Origin: Eubacteriales bacterium
Lineage (GTDB): Bacteria; Bacillota; Clostridia; Oscillospirales; CAG-272
NCBI GenBank assembly: GCA_045643785.1
Contig: JAZRFR010000031.1
Span: 1 to 61,976, forward strand
Length of the DNA stretch: 61,976 nucleotides
Reading direction: 5' to 3'
The notes beneath the pieces are model-generated. The model was not told the origin of the DNA and made no database searches. It saw only the letters and a program-made list of their open reading frames with translations. Below, piece by piece: positions 7,939 through 17,106 of this stretch. Made by a program: the position numbers and the translations under genes. Within the stretch, counting starts at the first letter, position 1; each line of letters starts with the position of its first letter.

Positions 7939-9372
7939 TCAAAGGATATCCGAGAGGAGCGTGTGCTCGCTCTCCTGCTTTTCCTCGGCCCCGGTGTCCA
8001 TAGACAGAAGGGCATCCAGAAGGCTTCCCTCCTCCTTCTCCTCCATGGCGGGAAGATTGGCCTCACGCAGCTCCTCGTTCATCTGGTCGACCTCGGCCAG
8101 ACGCTCCTCGATCTTGCGGATGTTCAGATCACCGTTGGTGTTCATGATGCCGCTCTTGACCATGGTCTCCTGGAGCTGGGCGATACCCTCGGCCACCTCA
8201 TTCGAAGAAGCGTTGTTGTTGATGATGCTGACCAGCTTGGAGCAATCCACGTCTGCAAAGATCGCGTAGATGTGCAGACGGTTGTTCTTCACCATGTTGT
8301 ACAGACGGCGGATGGGCTTCTCAATCTTACGAATGAGCTCGCGGCGTCTGGTAACCTCCTCGCGGGAGACCACGTCGGCCTTGAGGCGCTCCATGTCGTA
8401 CTTGATGTAGTCCTCCTGATCCTTCAGATCCTGCAGGTCGAATTCCGCATCCTCGCGGCTCAACGCGCCGCTCTTGAAGCGGGAAACGATGTCCTGCTTT
8501 CTCCGCTCAATGTCACCCAGACGGGCGCGGCACTCACGGAGCTTTTCGGTGGAGCCGTTGTCACGCATATTCGCGGTTTCCTGGGCGTAGATCTCGCAAC
8601 GGTTCAGGAACATTTCTACGTTCTGGCGGATGCTGACACTCTGAATGGTCTGGGCCAGATCGTCCACGGGAATCTCGTAGCAATCCTGGGGCTTGGCATG
8701 ACGGAGAGAGGGCGTACAGAGCTTCGACCACTGACGGACGGTGCGCTGAATGCCTCGCAGCATATCCACCGAGCTTGCGTCGTACAGGCCGTTGGATCTG
8801 GCCAGCTTGATACGCCAGGAGCGGATTCCCGCAACCACCTCGTTGTAATGCTCGGCCGCCTGCATACTGCTCACGTCGATGACGGATTCCAAGGAATCAA
8901 TGATCTCGTCGATGATCTTGCGGCAGGTCTTCATGTTGGTGGCTTCCATGCCGGTCTGGGCATCGCCTGCGCTCTGCATGATCCGCATGCCTTCCTTGGC
9001 GGACTCCAGATAATCCCGCACGTTTTCACACATGTCGAAGGAGGGACGGTGCTCGCGGCCGGTCTTCATGTTGGCCAGGCACTCCCGCTTCTCCACGCGC
9101 AAGCGCTCGTAAGTCAGGGAGCGGCGATTCTCCTCACCCAGCTTGACGGCGATATCCGTCAAATGCTCCAGGGTCTTCTTCATGTCCTTATTGAAATCGC
9201 TGTTGACACCGCGACGGATCAGGGTATCCATATCCCCCGTGATCTCCTCAAACAGCGCGGCTCTGGCCTCATCCGGGAAGCCTCTTTGCAGGGCCGTTGC
9301 AAATTCCTTGTTATACTTGATCTTGTTCGCGTCCATCGCGGCCGTCAAACGAGCTACGGTTTCACGACTCAT
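7939..9372 (-). CDS. Coiled-coil protein whose C-terminal half is Snf7-like (ESCRT-III), with an acidic Leu-rich tail
   Basis: GDLNIRKIEERLAEVDQMNEELREANLP aligns by eye with yeast Snf7 [31 protein letters not shown]. Tail EEGSLLDALLSMD...HTLLSDIL. ATGA overlap with the upstream gene. Confidence 0.55.
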   Translation of the reverse strand: MSRETVARLTAAMDANKIKYNKEFATALQRGFPDEARAALFEEITGDMDTLIRRGVNSDFNKDMKKTLEHLTDIAVKLGEENRRSLTYERLRVEKRECLANMKTGREHRPSFDMCENVRDYLESAKEGMRIMQSAGDAQTGMEATNMKTCRKIIDEIIDSLESVIDVSSMQAAEHYNEVVAGIRSWRIKLARSNGLYDASSVDMLRGIQRTVRQWSKLCTPSLRHAKPQDCYEIPVDDLAQTIQSVSIRQNVEMFLNRCEIYAQETANMRDNGSTEKLRECRARLGDIERRKQDIVSRFKSGALSREDAEFDLQDLKDQEDYIKYDMERLKADVVSREEVTRRRELIRKIEKPIRRLYNMVKNNRLHIYAIFADVDCSKLVSIINNNASSNEVAEGIAQLQETMVKSGIMNTNGDLNIRKIEERLAEVDQMNEELREANLPAMEEKEEGSLLDALLSMDTGAEEKQESEHTLLSDIL

Positions 9373-10508
9373 ACTTCTTCTCCTCCGCTACATATTTTTC
9401 TTACCAAAGCCTTGGTCGCTTCGGCGATATTCTTTTGCTTCATGCAAAAATAGATGTCGTCGTCATAGAACGTGTAAAAATCGTGAGCTCCGTTCTGCAA
9501 CATCATCTTCAAAAGGTCGGTGCCCGTTCGGTCGTATATGGTACGCTTGACCTTGTCGCGCTTGCCCTGACTGTTCAGGTACTTATGTCCGCCGTTGTTG
9601 TTGAAAAAGAAGATGTAGATCTCCTCGTCATCACTCAACTCGTCCACCATGGTCTCCACCGAATTCTGGGTGGACAAGCGGGTAAACATGGTCTCTCCGT
9701 CGCTGATATGCTTGCTTCGGATGTAGGACAGCAAAACCTTTTTGCCTGTCGTCAGCCAGTACAGCGCGTGGGGGATCTTCAGCTCCTTGCCCGGGAACGG
9801 CTTTTTGTAGATCTTGATCAGATCCCCGACGGTGAGCTTGTAGACACCGAACAGCGGCGCCCGTTGCTTATCCATGCAGGAGCAGAACACGTTGAATACG
9901 CGATCCGCAAAGCTGATGCGCTCGTCCGCTCCCGACGAGGCGGGCATATCCACGTCAATACCCAGGGCGTTCTGTACCCGATCAAAGTTACTCCGCAGAT
10001 CGTACAGCTCGTTGTCCCGCAGCTCCGAGGGAGTGGCGCAGAGCATCCGCAGCATGGAGTAGGCCGTCAGCTTGCGCAGCTCGTCCCATTGAACCGGCGG
10101 AAGTCCCGGCTCGGTCTCCACGCTGGTGATACTGCTGTAGCACAGCGTGCTGTAGTAATTGTACGCGATCTTGAAACGGGTGCTTTCGCTGCACTTCGTA
10201 CCCACGTAGTCCTTATCGAAGAAGTACGCCAGTCGGGCCAGTGCCTTGGGGTTACCCAGCTGTGCCGATTGACGGCACAGCCGAGTCGCTTTGTCGATCA
10301 GCTCCGCATCCGCGGTGCCGTCGTGATTGAACAGCCAGTTTCCGTACAGGATCTCGGATTGACGGAACAGCTCCTCGTTATCGTGGGTCACCACGAAGCG
10401 ATCCACCCGAGTCACGAGGGAGTGGCGGCACGCAGGACAGGACCAGGAGCCGTCGTACAGCTCCAACGGTGTGACTTCCTTGCCACACTTTGTGCATTTC
10501 ATTTCCAT
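9369..10508 (-). CDS. Zn-ribbon protein with Sel1-like repeat(s), unknown function
   Basis: N-terminus MEMKCTKCGKEV...WSCPACRHSL (CxxC...CxxC). CRQSAQLGNPKALARLAYFFDKDYVG is Sel1/TPR-like. AGGAGG RBS. Confidence 0.6.
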   Translation of the reverse strand: MEMKCTKCGKEVTPLELYDGSWSCPACRHSLVTRVDRFVVTHDNEELFRQSEILYGNWLFNHDGTADAELIDKATRLCRQSAQLGNPKALARLAYFFDKDYVGTKCSESTRFKIAYNYYSTLCYSSITSVETEPGLPPVQWDELRKLTAYSMLRMLCATPSELRDNELYDLRSNFDRVQNALGIDVDMPASSGADERISFADRVFNVFCSCMDKQRAPLFGVYKLTVGDLIKIYKKPFPGKELKIPHALYWLTTGKKVLLSYIRSKHISDGETMFTRLSTQNSVETMVDELSDDEEIYIFFFNNNGGHKYLNSQGKRDKVKRTIYDRTGTDLLKMMLQNGAHDFYTFYDDDIYFCMKQKNIAEATKALVRKICSGGEEV

Positions 10509-10526
10509 AGCGTTCCTCCTTCCTGC

Positions 10527-13500
10527 TTAGCCTTGGGTTTCGGGCGGGGTCGTAATATCGGTTCCGACCTCGGTTTCGGGCCCGGTTTCCACCTCGCGGA
10601 TCACAAAATCGTTGCTCACGTAATCAAACTCGTAGTTCCGAGCCTTGGCAGAGTCTTTGATCGTAACCGTCAGGGTATACGTGCCGGGATCCTTGGCGGT
10701 CATAGCAGATCCCCCAAAGGTCGCCTCAAAGTCGTTTTTGCTGTCACCTGCGGCAAGACCAAGCATGTTAAATTTGAAGTCACCGCCTGTGGTTCCGTCG
10801 TAGTCACGGTCGGGGGCGATGGCCGAAACCGTCACGGGGCGCTTGGTGATCTCGCAGGTCACTCCGCTCACGTTGAAGTTATAATTGGTATGAGCGGCAA
10901 ACGACACGTTCACGGAATACTCGCCCGCGTTGATGGCCTGCGCCACGGGACGGCCGTTTGCGGTCCAGGTGGGCGTACCCAGCTGAGCCACGGTTTCGCC
11001 GTCGACCAGCCCCTCAACCGAGAAGCTCAAGCCCGTCAAGGCTTCGCCGTCATAGGTTTTGTCCGGGATGGGATCAACGGTAACCGTCAGCGTTTTCTTC
11101 GTGATCCTGCAGGTCGTCCCGTTCACGCTGATTTCATAGTTGGGATGGACGGCAAACTTAGGTTGCACGGAATACGTGCCCGCATCTTTCGCCTCAGACA
11201 CGGGGCGATCGTTTGCATTCCAAACGAACCACTGGGGCTCGCCAAGCTGATCCATCGTTTCGCCCGCTACCAATCCTTTGACGGAGAAGGTAAAGTCTGC
11301 CAGAGGCTTGCCGTCGTATTCCTTTTCGATGGGATCAACGGCAACCTGCACCTTTGCCTTCTTGATCGTAAGCTTAGCCGCGCGGCCGTTGTTGATGTTC
11401 AAGGTATAGTTATCCGGATTGGTGTTGGTGAAGCTCAAATACAGCTCATAGCCATTGCCGGCATCCTTGGCCGTCGTCGCAGGGCCCGTAAAGATGGGCT
11501 CGCCCAGAACGTCCACCTCGGCATCGCTTCCCTGCAGACCGTTCACCGTATAGCTGAACTCTCCGCCTTCCGTACCGTCATAGATACGCTCCAGATTGTT
11601 TACGCTTACGGTAAGCGTGTGTTTGCTGATTGTAAAGTGTACGGATTCGATCAACTGAATGCTGTAATTCGGATTACCCGGCAACTCCAGCGTCAGGTCA
11701 TATGTGCCGGCGTTCACCGCACCAACCGCATCTCCGCCGTATATGGGATCTCCGAGATCCGTCTTCTTATCTCCGCCAACCAGACCGTTCACGGAATACT
11801 CGAAGTCGCTCGCACCGGCGGGCTTGGCATTATACGTCTTACCGAGGTTTTTCGACAGGGTAACCGTGATGAGCTTGGGGATCACCGTCAGCTTGCCGTC
11901 CTCGTACGTAATGTCGTAGTTCTCGGTTTTTTCAAGGGTAGGCAGTTGAACCGCCAATGTGTACTCGCCCACATTTCTGATGACGTTTTCATCGGTTACA
12001 TCCACATAGTAATGAGGAGAGCCGATTCTGCCGCGGTCAGCGTCAATGACACCTTCTACTGCAAAATCAACGCAGGTGCGATATGCCGTCGTGCCGTCGT
12101 AAACCTTGGTGCCGTCCAGCGCCGTTACGGTAGCGGCCTTGCGGAGAATGACTACTTCATCGGTTACATATGTAAAATCATAGTTTTTGGTTACGTCGTT
12201 GTCGTCCAGTCTCACCGACAGCGTATGCGTACCGGCGTTGGGATTGTTCGTCGCAGAGCCGCTATACATAGGATCGCCCAGATCCGGCTTCTGATCTCCG
12301 CCCACCAGACCGACCACGTTAAAGTCAAAGTTGGACCGATCATAGCAGGTGCCGTCGTAGATCTTTTCGTTGTTGAGGATGATGGCCGTCACGGTAGCAG
12401 GCGCCTTTTTGATGGTCAGCTTGCCCTTCGTAACGCGCACATCGTAGTTGCCGAATTTCTCTGCGTCCCGGGGCACCACCGTGGCATCGATCATCCACTC
12501 GCCCGCGTCGGTATTCTCCAACGCCTCACCCTTGTACTGCAGGTCAAGAATGTTCTTAATGTCATTTGCGTCAGCCGACACGAGTCCGCTCGGCTTAAAC
12601 GTAAACTCATACTCGGGGAACGTATATCCGTCGTACGTCTTGCTCTTGGCATCGATCACAACCGTCAGGGGCTTCTTGGTGATGGTCAGGGTTCCTTCGG
12701 TGATCTCCAGGGTGTAGTTCCCCGCCTTTGCACCCGTATGGTCAACGGTAGCTTCGAACGCATACGGTTGGGATCCTACGTTCACGACGCCCACGGCATC
12801 GCCCACGTATTGAACGTTGGTGAATATTTCGTTTTCCCGATCCGCGCCCTGAAGGCCGATCACCGTGTAGGAAAAGCCCGTATAGGCCTTGCCGTCGTAC
12901 TCCTTCTTGGCATTGTCCATTTTGATCGTCAGCTTTCTCGGCTTGATCGTGAAGGTGCTTTGGGTATTACAATTATCCGCGAAGTAGTAGTTCCCGTCCT
13001 CGGGAAGGGATACCGATACGGTGTAACCATCTCCCACGTTCACTTGTCCACCGGAGTAGATCACGCTACGGAGCAACGCTTCCCGATCTGCCTCGATACA
13101 GTTCTCCAAGCGATTGATTCGACGGACCTGCTCGCCGGCGTTATAGACAAACTCAGCGGTACTGTTCCAACTAATGGAGGAAATGGGTCTCGGGGTGATC
13201 TCAAAGGTGGTTTCACTCTTTGTCAACGTGTAGTTGGGATCATTCGTTGTGACAGTTACGCGGTAGTCTGTACCCGCATTCTTACGTCCACCTTCATATC
13301 GAAGGGGAACTTCGTCACTGCCAAGGGGCTGCACCGTCGCCTCGGGGTACTGCTCCTTGCCGTCGTAAACGAAGGAGCGTTCATCACTCCAGCTCACACT
13401 CAACGGATATGGAGTTACCACCACCGTCTGCGAAGCATCGCTCTCCGCGATCTTATACTTGGTCGCGGTATCGCCGAGCAGCTCAATGGTAATGACGTAC

Positions 13501-15392
13501 TCGCCCGCGTCCCTTACGCTGTCCTGCGAGAGGCGAGCCTGGACGGTGTCACCGTTGATGGCATCCGTGCCCGTCGCCGACACAGGCTTGTTGCTTGCGG
13601 AATATACCGCGTCCTCATCCTTGGGATATGCCCAATCGAAGTGCAGCTCACGCTTTTCAAATCCCACGTCGATGGTCTTCTCCACCGTCGCGGTCAGGGA
13701 GGTGGTGTCGGCGTAAGCCGTCACCCGCAGGGTGTAGGTCGTGGCATCCTGGGGATGGAGATTGTTGATGGTATAATTCTTTTCCTCACCCAGAACCTCG
13801 TTCAGGATCCACTCGTATTTCAGAGAAATGCTCTCATGAGGAGAGGTGGCCTGTGCAGCCAGAGATACGGTTTCACCGTAAACCGCGCTGTGACCCTCGC
13901 TCACGCCGTCAGCCGTCAGACTGTCGATAGTGGGCATTTCCAGCTTCCACTCGGGATACACGTTCAGGGATTCTCCGCGAGACAGGCTTTGAAGCTCTGC
14001 AGGCAGATCCGTCAGGTTGTGCCGATCGGGGCCCGCAAGCCAGGTCAGCGTAAAGCCGTTTCGTGTGGGAATACGCGCGATCACGTCAGCCGCGCGGTCG
14101 GCCGTAGCCAGCTTATATCCAATGTATTCTCCGTCGGCGTTGAAGCCCGTATAGGATGCGTCCAACGTATGGAGCGTGTCGTTGCCCGTGCCGAAGTTAA
14201 TGGAATACACCCGATCAAAGGTCACGTAAACCTCGGTGGATTCGTGAATGGCGGCGTTCGAGAGATCCTTTCCCTCGCTGTCCCGCAGCCAACGGAAGAC
14301 CTGCGCCTGCTGATTGACGTAGCACCAGTACAGCTGGGACTCGTCGGTCACGTCAGAGTTGAGAACGTAATCGCAGGTGGCGAAACGCACGTCCTCCCAA
14401 ACGTTCAGAACGTCGTCAGCCGAGCCGAACCAGGTAGGCAGGATCTGGCCATTCGCCAGCTCCAGCGCATCCTTATCGTAGCGGGGGATCACGTAAACGT
14501 CGCCCTCCTTGAGGCCGATGGGCTTGATGTGATTCGCTACGTAGAGCATTTGCAGGTTCTCCTGCGCCAGGGCGTAGAACTCGCCGCGGAACTCGTCCAC
14601 GTTGGCCTTATCCACTTCCAGGCTCAGGTTCTCGTTTACGTGAGCCAGAGAAGCGGTATTCAGAAATTCCAGATCAGCCGTTCCGGCGAAGACCATGTAG
14701 CTGATCTCGTCGTTGCCGAAGAGGGTGCAGTCCACGCCTTTGACGGGCAGGCCGTTGAACTCGGCGGGAATGGTCACGGTGTTGCCATTACCGTCCAGAA
14801 CGTCCACGGCAATATAGTAGCTCCCGCTAGCATCCAGCATGTACACAACGGTACGCTCGGTGCGCTCGGCGCCCTGGCCGAAGAAGCCGTTGACGTGCAG
14901 GAAATTGACGTAAAGGCCGATGCCCACCATCAGCAGCGCCGACATGACCAGCGCTACGATGCGGCGAATCGGCTTGCTACGGCGGATCGCCTGCCATGCG
15001 TTGCACAGGGCGGCAATACACTGGAGCAAATGCACGGCGGGCAGAGCGATGAGGGCGATGGTCTCAAAGACCACCCGCTCGCCCAACACGCCGGAGGCCA
15101 GGAAAGCGCCGCCACAGGCGAGAACGATACACGCCACGTGGATCAGCACGCCTCCGATGGCGTACATGAATCGGTAGTTCGAGAGCAATACCTTCACGAT
15201 GAAGACCAGATCCAGCGCAAGGAGGAGGATCGGGCACACGATGTATTTGATCTCGGTAGTATTCACAAACAGCACCAGCAGTACGACCACGTCCAAGGCC
15301 AGCGTCAGGATCGCGCAGAGCAACTGAAGCCACTTGGAGGAGGCAATTCTGCTTTTCGTAATGGTGGATTGTGCGGTTTTCTTATTTGACAT
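10527..15392 (-). CDS. 1621-aa polytopic membrane protein with a large extracellular region of Listeria-Bacteroides-type and MBG (YDGT/YGX) repeats
   Basis: Five predicted N-terminal TM helices (residues ~20-165), which would place the C-terminus outside. About 10 repeats follow the pattern K.YDG......F.Y.V.GLVGGD......P.Y.G....N.AG.Y. Confidence 0.8.
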   Translation of the reverse strand: MSNKKTAQSTITKSRIASSKWLQLLCAILTLALDVVVLLVLFVNTTEIKYIVCPILLLALDLVFIVKVLLSNYRFMYAIGGVLIHVACIVLACGGAFLASGVLGERVVFETIALIALPAVHLLQCIAALCNAWQAIRRSKPIRRIVALVMSALLMVGIGLYVNFLHVNGFFGQGAERTERTVVYMLDASGSYYIAVDVLDGNGNTVTIPAEFNGLPVKGVDCTLFGNDEISYMVFAGTADLEFLNTASLAHVNENLSLEVDKANVDEFRGEFYALAQENLQMLYVANHIKPIGLKEGDVYVIPRYDKDALELANGQILPTWFGSADDVLNVWEDVRFATCDYVLNSDVTDESQLYWCYVNQQAQVFRWLRDSEGKDLSNAAIHESTEVYVTFDRVYSINFGTGNDTLHTLDASYTGFNADGEYIGYKLATADRAADVIARIPTRNGFTLTWLAGPDRHNLTDLPAELQSLSRGESLNVYPEWKLEMPTIDSLTADGVSEGHSAVYGETVSLAAQATSPHESISLKYEWILNEVLGEEKNYTINNLHPQDATTYTLRVTAYADTTSLTATVEKTIDVGFEKRELHFDWAYPKDEDAVYSASNKPVSATGTDAINGDTVQARLSQDSVRDAGEYVITIELLGDTATKYKIAESDASQTVVVTPYPLSVSWSDERSFVYDGKEQYPEATVQPLGSDEVPLRYEGGRKNAGTDYRVTVTTNDPNYTLTKSETTFEITPRPISSISWNSTAEFVYNAGEQVRRINRLENCIEADREALLRSVIYSGGQVNVGDGYTVSVSLPEDGNYYFADNCNTQSTFTIKPRKLTIKMDNAKKEYDGKAYTGFSYTVIGLQGADRENEIFTNVQYVGDAVGVVNVGSQPYAFEATVDHTGAKAGNYTLEITEGTLTITKKPLTVVIDAKSKTYDGYTFPEYEFTFKPSGLVSADANDIKNILDLQYKGEALENTDAGEWMIDATVVPRDAEKFGNYDVRVTKGKLTIKKAPATVTAIILNNEKIYDGTCYDRSNFDFNVVGLVGGDQKPDLGDPMYSGSATNNPNAGTHTLSVRLDDNDVTKNYDFTYVTDEVVILRKAATVTALDGTKVYDGTTAYRTCVDFAVEGVIDADRGRIGSPHYYVDVTDENVIRNVGEYTLAVQLPTLEKTENYDITYEDGKLTVIPKLITVTLSKNLGKTYNAKPAGASDFEYSVNGLVGGDKKTDLGDPIYGGDAVGAVNAGTYDLTLELPGNPNYSIQLIESVHFTISKHTLTVSVNNLERIYDGTEGGEFSYTVNGLQGSDAEVDVLGEPIFTGPATTAKDAGNGYELYLSFTNTNPDNYTLNINNGRAAKLTIKKAKVQVAVDPIEKEYDGKPLADFTFSVKGLVAGETMDQLGEPQWFVWNANDRPVSEAKDAGTYSVQPKFAVHPNYEISVNGTTCRITKKTLTVTVDPIPDKTYDGEALTGLSFSVEGLVDGETVAQLGTPTWTANGRPVAQAINAGEYSVNVSFAAHTNYNFNVSGVTCEITKRPVTVSAIAPDRDYDGTTGGDFKFNMLGLAAGDSKNDFEATFGGSAMTAKDPGTYTLTVTIKDSAKARNYEFDYVSNDFVIREVETGPETEVGTDITTPPETQG

Positions 15393-15417
15393 TTCGAATC
15401 AGTCCGTCCTTCCCGCT

Positions 15418-17106
15418 TTAATGACGCTTCTCAGGCTTCGGGATCACGCCCGAATCGTTCAGCGTCAGCTTGTCGAAGAAGTACTTCTTATCTCCGACGA
15501 AAAAGATGAGTCTGTCTGCGTTTTCAAAGCAGTATTTCTTTTGGAACACCGACATCACGCGCAGAGACAGCGGCAACATCTGAGCGTACCGTCTGTAGTT
15601 CTGCGTATGGGTCGCGCTCGTCTCTCCCATCTGCACCGCATCCATGGCAGAGGCGCAGAATTTGCAGTAGAACTGGGAATTCAGGTTGTCCGCCGTGTAG
15701 CTTCTTCCGCAAAGACGGCAGTTCGTGGTATCTTCGGCCACGACTCGCAGCGTCTGTGTATCGAAATTCAGGAGAGGCGTATAGGCCACCTCGCCGTCCT
15801 CGCAGTGGTGCAGCACCTCGGGATAGGGGCAATCCGCGCACTTGTAGCGCGTACGGCCGTGATCCTCGAAGGCAACCGTATTGCATCTGCAACGGTAGCG
15901 GACGCACTCGATGTTGCGGCGAGTCAGCTCAGAGCAGCTGATGGGGAAGAAATGCTCGGCGAAGGGGCTTTCCCTCTGAATCATCTCCAGCTGCTCGGCC
16001 GTAAGTCCCAGATCGGACTTGGCGGTATTGATACGGATCTGCTTGGTCGCGCCTGTTTCGGGCGATACGCAGGTAATGACGTTACGCTCGATCAGACGGT
16101 CGCGCGCTCCGCCGCAACGGCAGGTCATGGTGATGACGCCATCCTGGGTGATCTTGGCGAAAAACGCCTTGTGGCCGTCCACGTACACGTCGAAAACGGG
16201 ATCGACCCATTGGATGTGGCTGATGCCCAGCACCTTGATCTTCTTGCACGCCAGCTGAACCTCGTCCTGGGGCTCACCGGACATCAGATCATCCAAAGTT
16301 GCCAGGTCGGTGGCATTCGTAACCAGAATGCCTTCGGAGAAATCGCGATCCATCTCACCCTTGAGCAGTTTGTCCAGGGAGTTGAGCACGTTATCCACGA
16401 TCTCGGTCTCGGTGTCGGCGTCCGCGCCCTTATCGGCGGCGCCTCGCTGGCTGACGATACTGCTCACGTAGGAGTCGATCTCGGCGGCCTCGGACGTCAG
16501 CACCGTGCGGAATTCCTTCCCTGTCTTGCGGAAATAGACCTTGCACAGAAGGGGGCGAGGCTCACCCACACCGCTGAAGACCTCCATACGCAGAGACACG
16601 GCGTAGATATCCTCCACGCTGTCCTTCTGCCCGGCGGTGGCTACGCGGGTGACCCGCAGTTTTAGGCCGTCGGCCACCCGCTGGATGACCTTCTGCTGTT
16701 CCTTGATCTCGGCGTCGTCGCGGGACATCTCGTTCTGTATGAACTCGACCAGCGAGAACTGCTTGTGGTAGTTCGTGGAGACGAGCTCAAGCAGGTTGTG
16801 CCAGATACCCATAACGCTGTCGTTTTCAGCGCCGCGGAAGCCTCTGAACCAGCTGGCTCCGCTGGGCAGCATACCCTCCACGGCACCGCTGTCGATGGTC
16901 GACACGTCACCCACGTACTCGAAAATATACTGCTCGGTCTCGATGACACGGTTGTCGCGACAAGCCTGAATAATGGAACGGTCAATACACCCGCTGTTTA
17001 CCAGCGCGCAAATGCTTCGGAAAGCATCCCGGTACTGTCGACCGATCTTCACATATACTTTATCGTTGTTCATCACAGCAACCTCATTCATTTCTGTCCG
17101 CATCAA
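15418..17106 (-). CDS. Cys-rich (multiple Zn-ribbon-like CxxC pairs) protein, unknown function
   Basis: C-terminal half has TCRCGG, CVRYRCRCN, YKCADCPYP, NCRLCGRS and YCKFCAS. Start uncertain (ATG 17106, 17091 or 17073). It overlaps the SNF2 stop at 17084, suggesting translational coupling. Confidence 0.65.
   Translation of the reverse strand: MMRTEMNEVAVMNNDKVYVKIGRQYRDAFRSICALVNSGCIDRSIIQACRDNRVIETEQYIFEYVGDVSTIDSGAVEGMLPSGASWFRGFRGAENDSVMGIWHNLLELVSTNYHKQFSLVEFIQNEMSRDDAEIKEQQKVIQRVADGLKLRVTRVATAGQKDSVEDIYAVSLRMEVFSGVGEPRPLLCKVYFRKTGKEFRTVLTSEAAEIDSYVSSIVSQRGAADKGADADTETEIVDNVLNSLDKLLKGEMDRDFSEGILVTNATDLATLDDLMSGEPQDEVQLACKKIKVLGISHIQWVDPVFDVYVDGHKAFFAKITQDGVITMTCRCGGARDRLIERNVITCVSPETGATKQIRINTAKSDLGLTAEQLEMIQRESPFAEHFFPISCSELTRRNIECVRYRCRCNTVAFEDHGRTRYKCADCPYPEVLHHCEDGEVAYTPLLNFDTQTLRVVAEDTTNCRLCGRSYTADNLNSQFYCKFCASAMDAVQMGETSATHTQNYRRYAQMLPLSLRVMSVFQKKYCFENADRLIFFVGDKKYFFDKLTLNDSGVIPKPEKRH

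Noticed and set aside
9435-15389. 1984-aa plus-strand ORF antisense to the MBG-repeat giant. Similar long antisense ORFs occur at 16973-19963, 22280-25621, 26411-29971, 30071-35224 (several), 3090-4679, 6155-7141, 7924-9453, 45425-47602, 47479-49731 and 1829-3007.
   Set aside because: They mirror well-supported genes on the opposite strand. Their composition is low-complexity and rich in G/R/V/H/L, typical of stop-poor antisense frames in GC-rich DNA. They lack RBSs and recognisable motifs.
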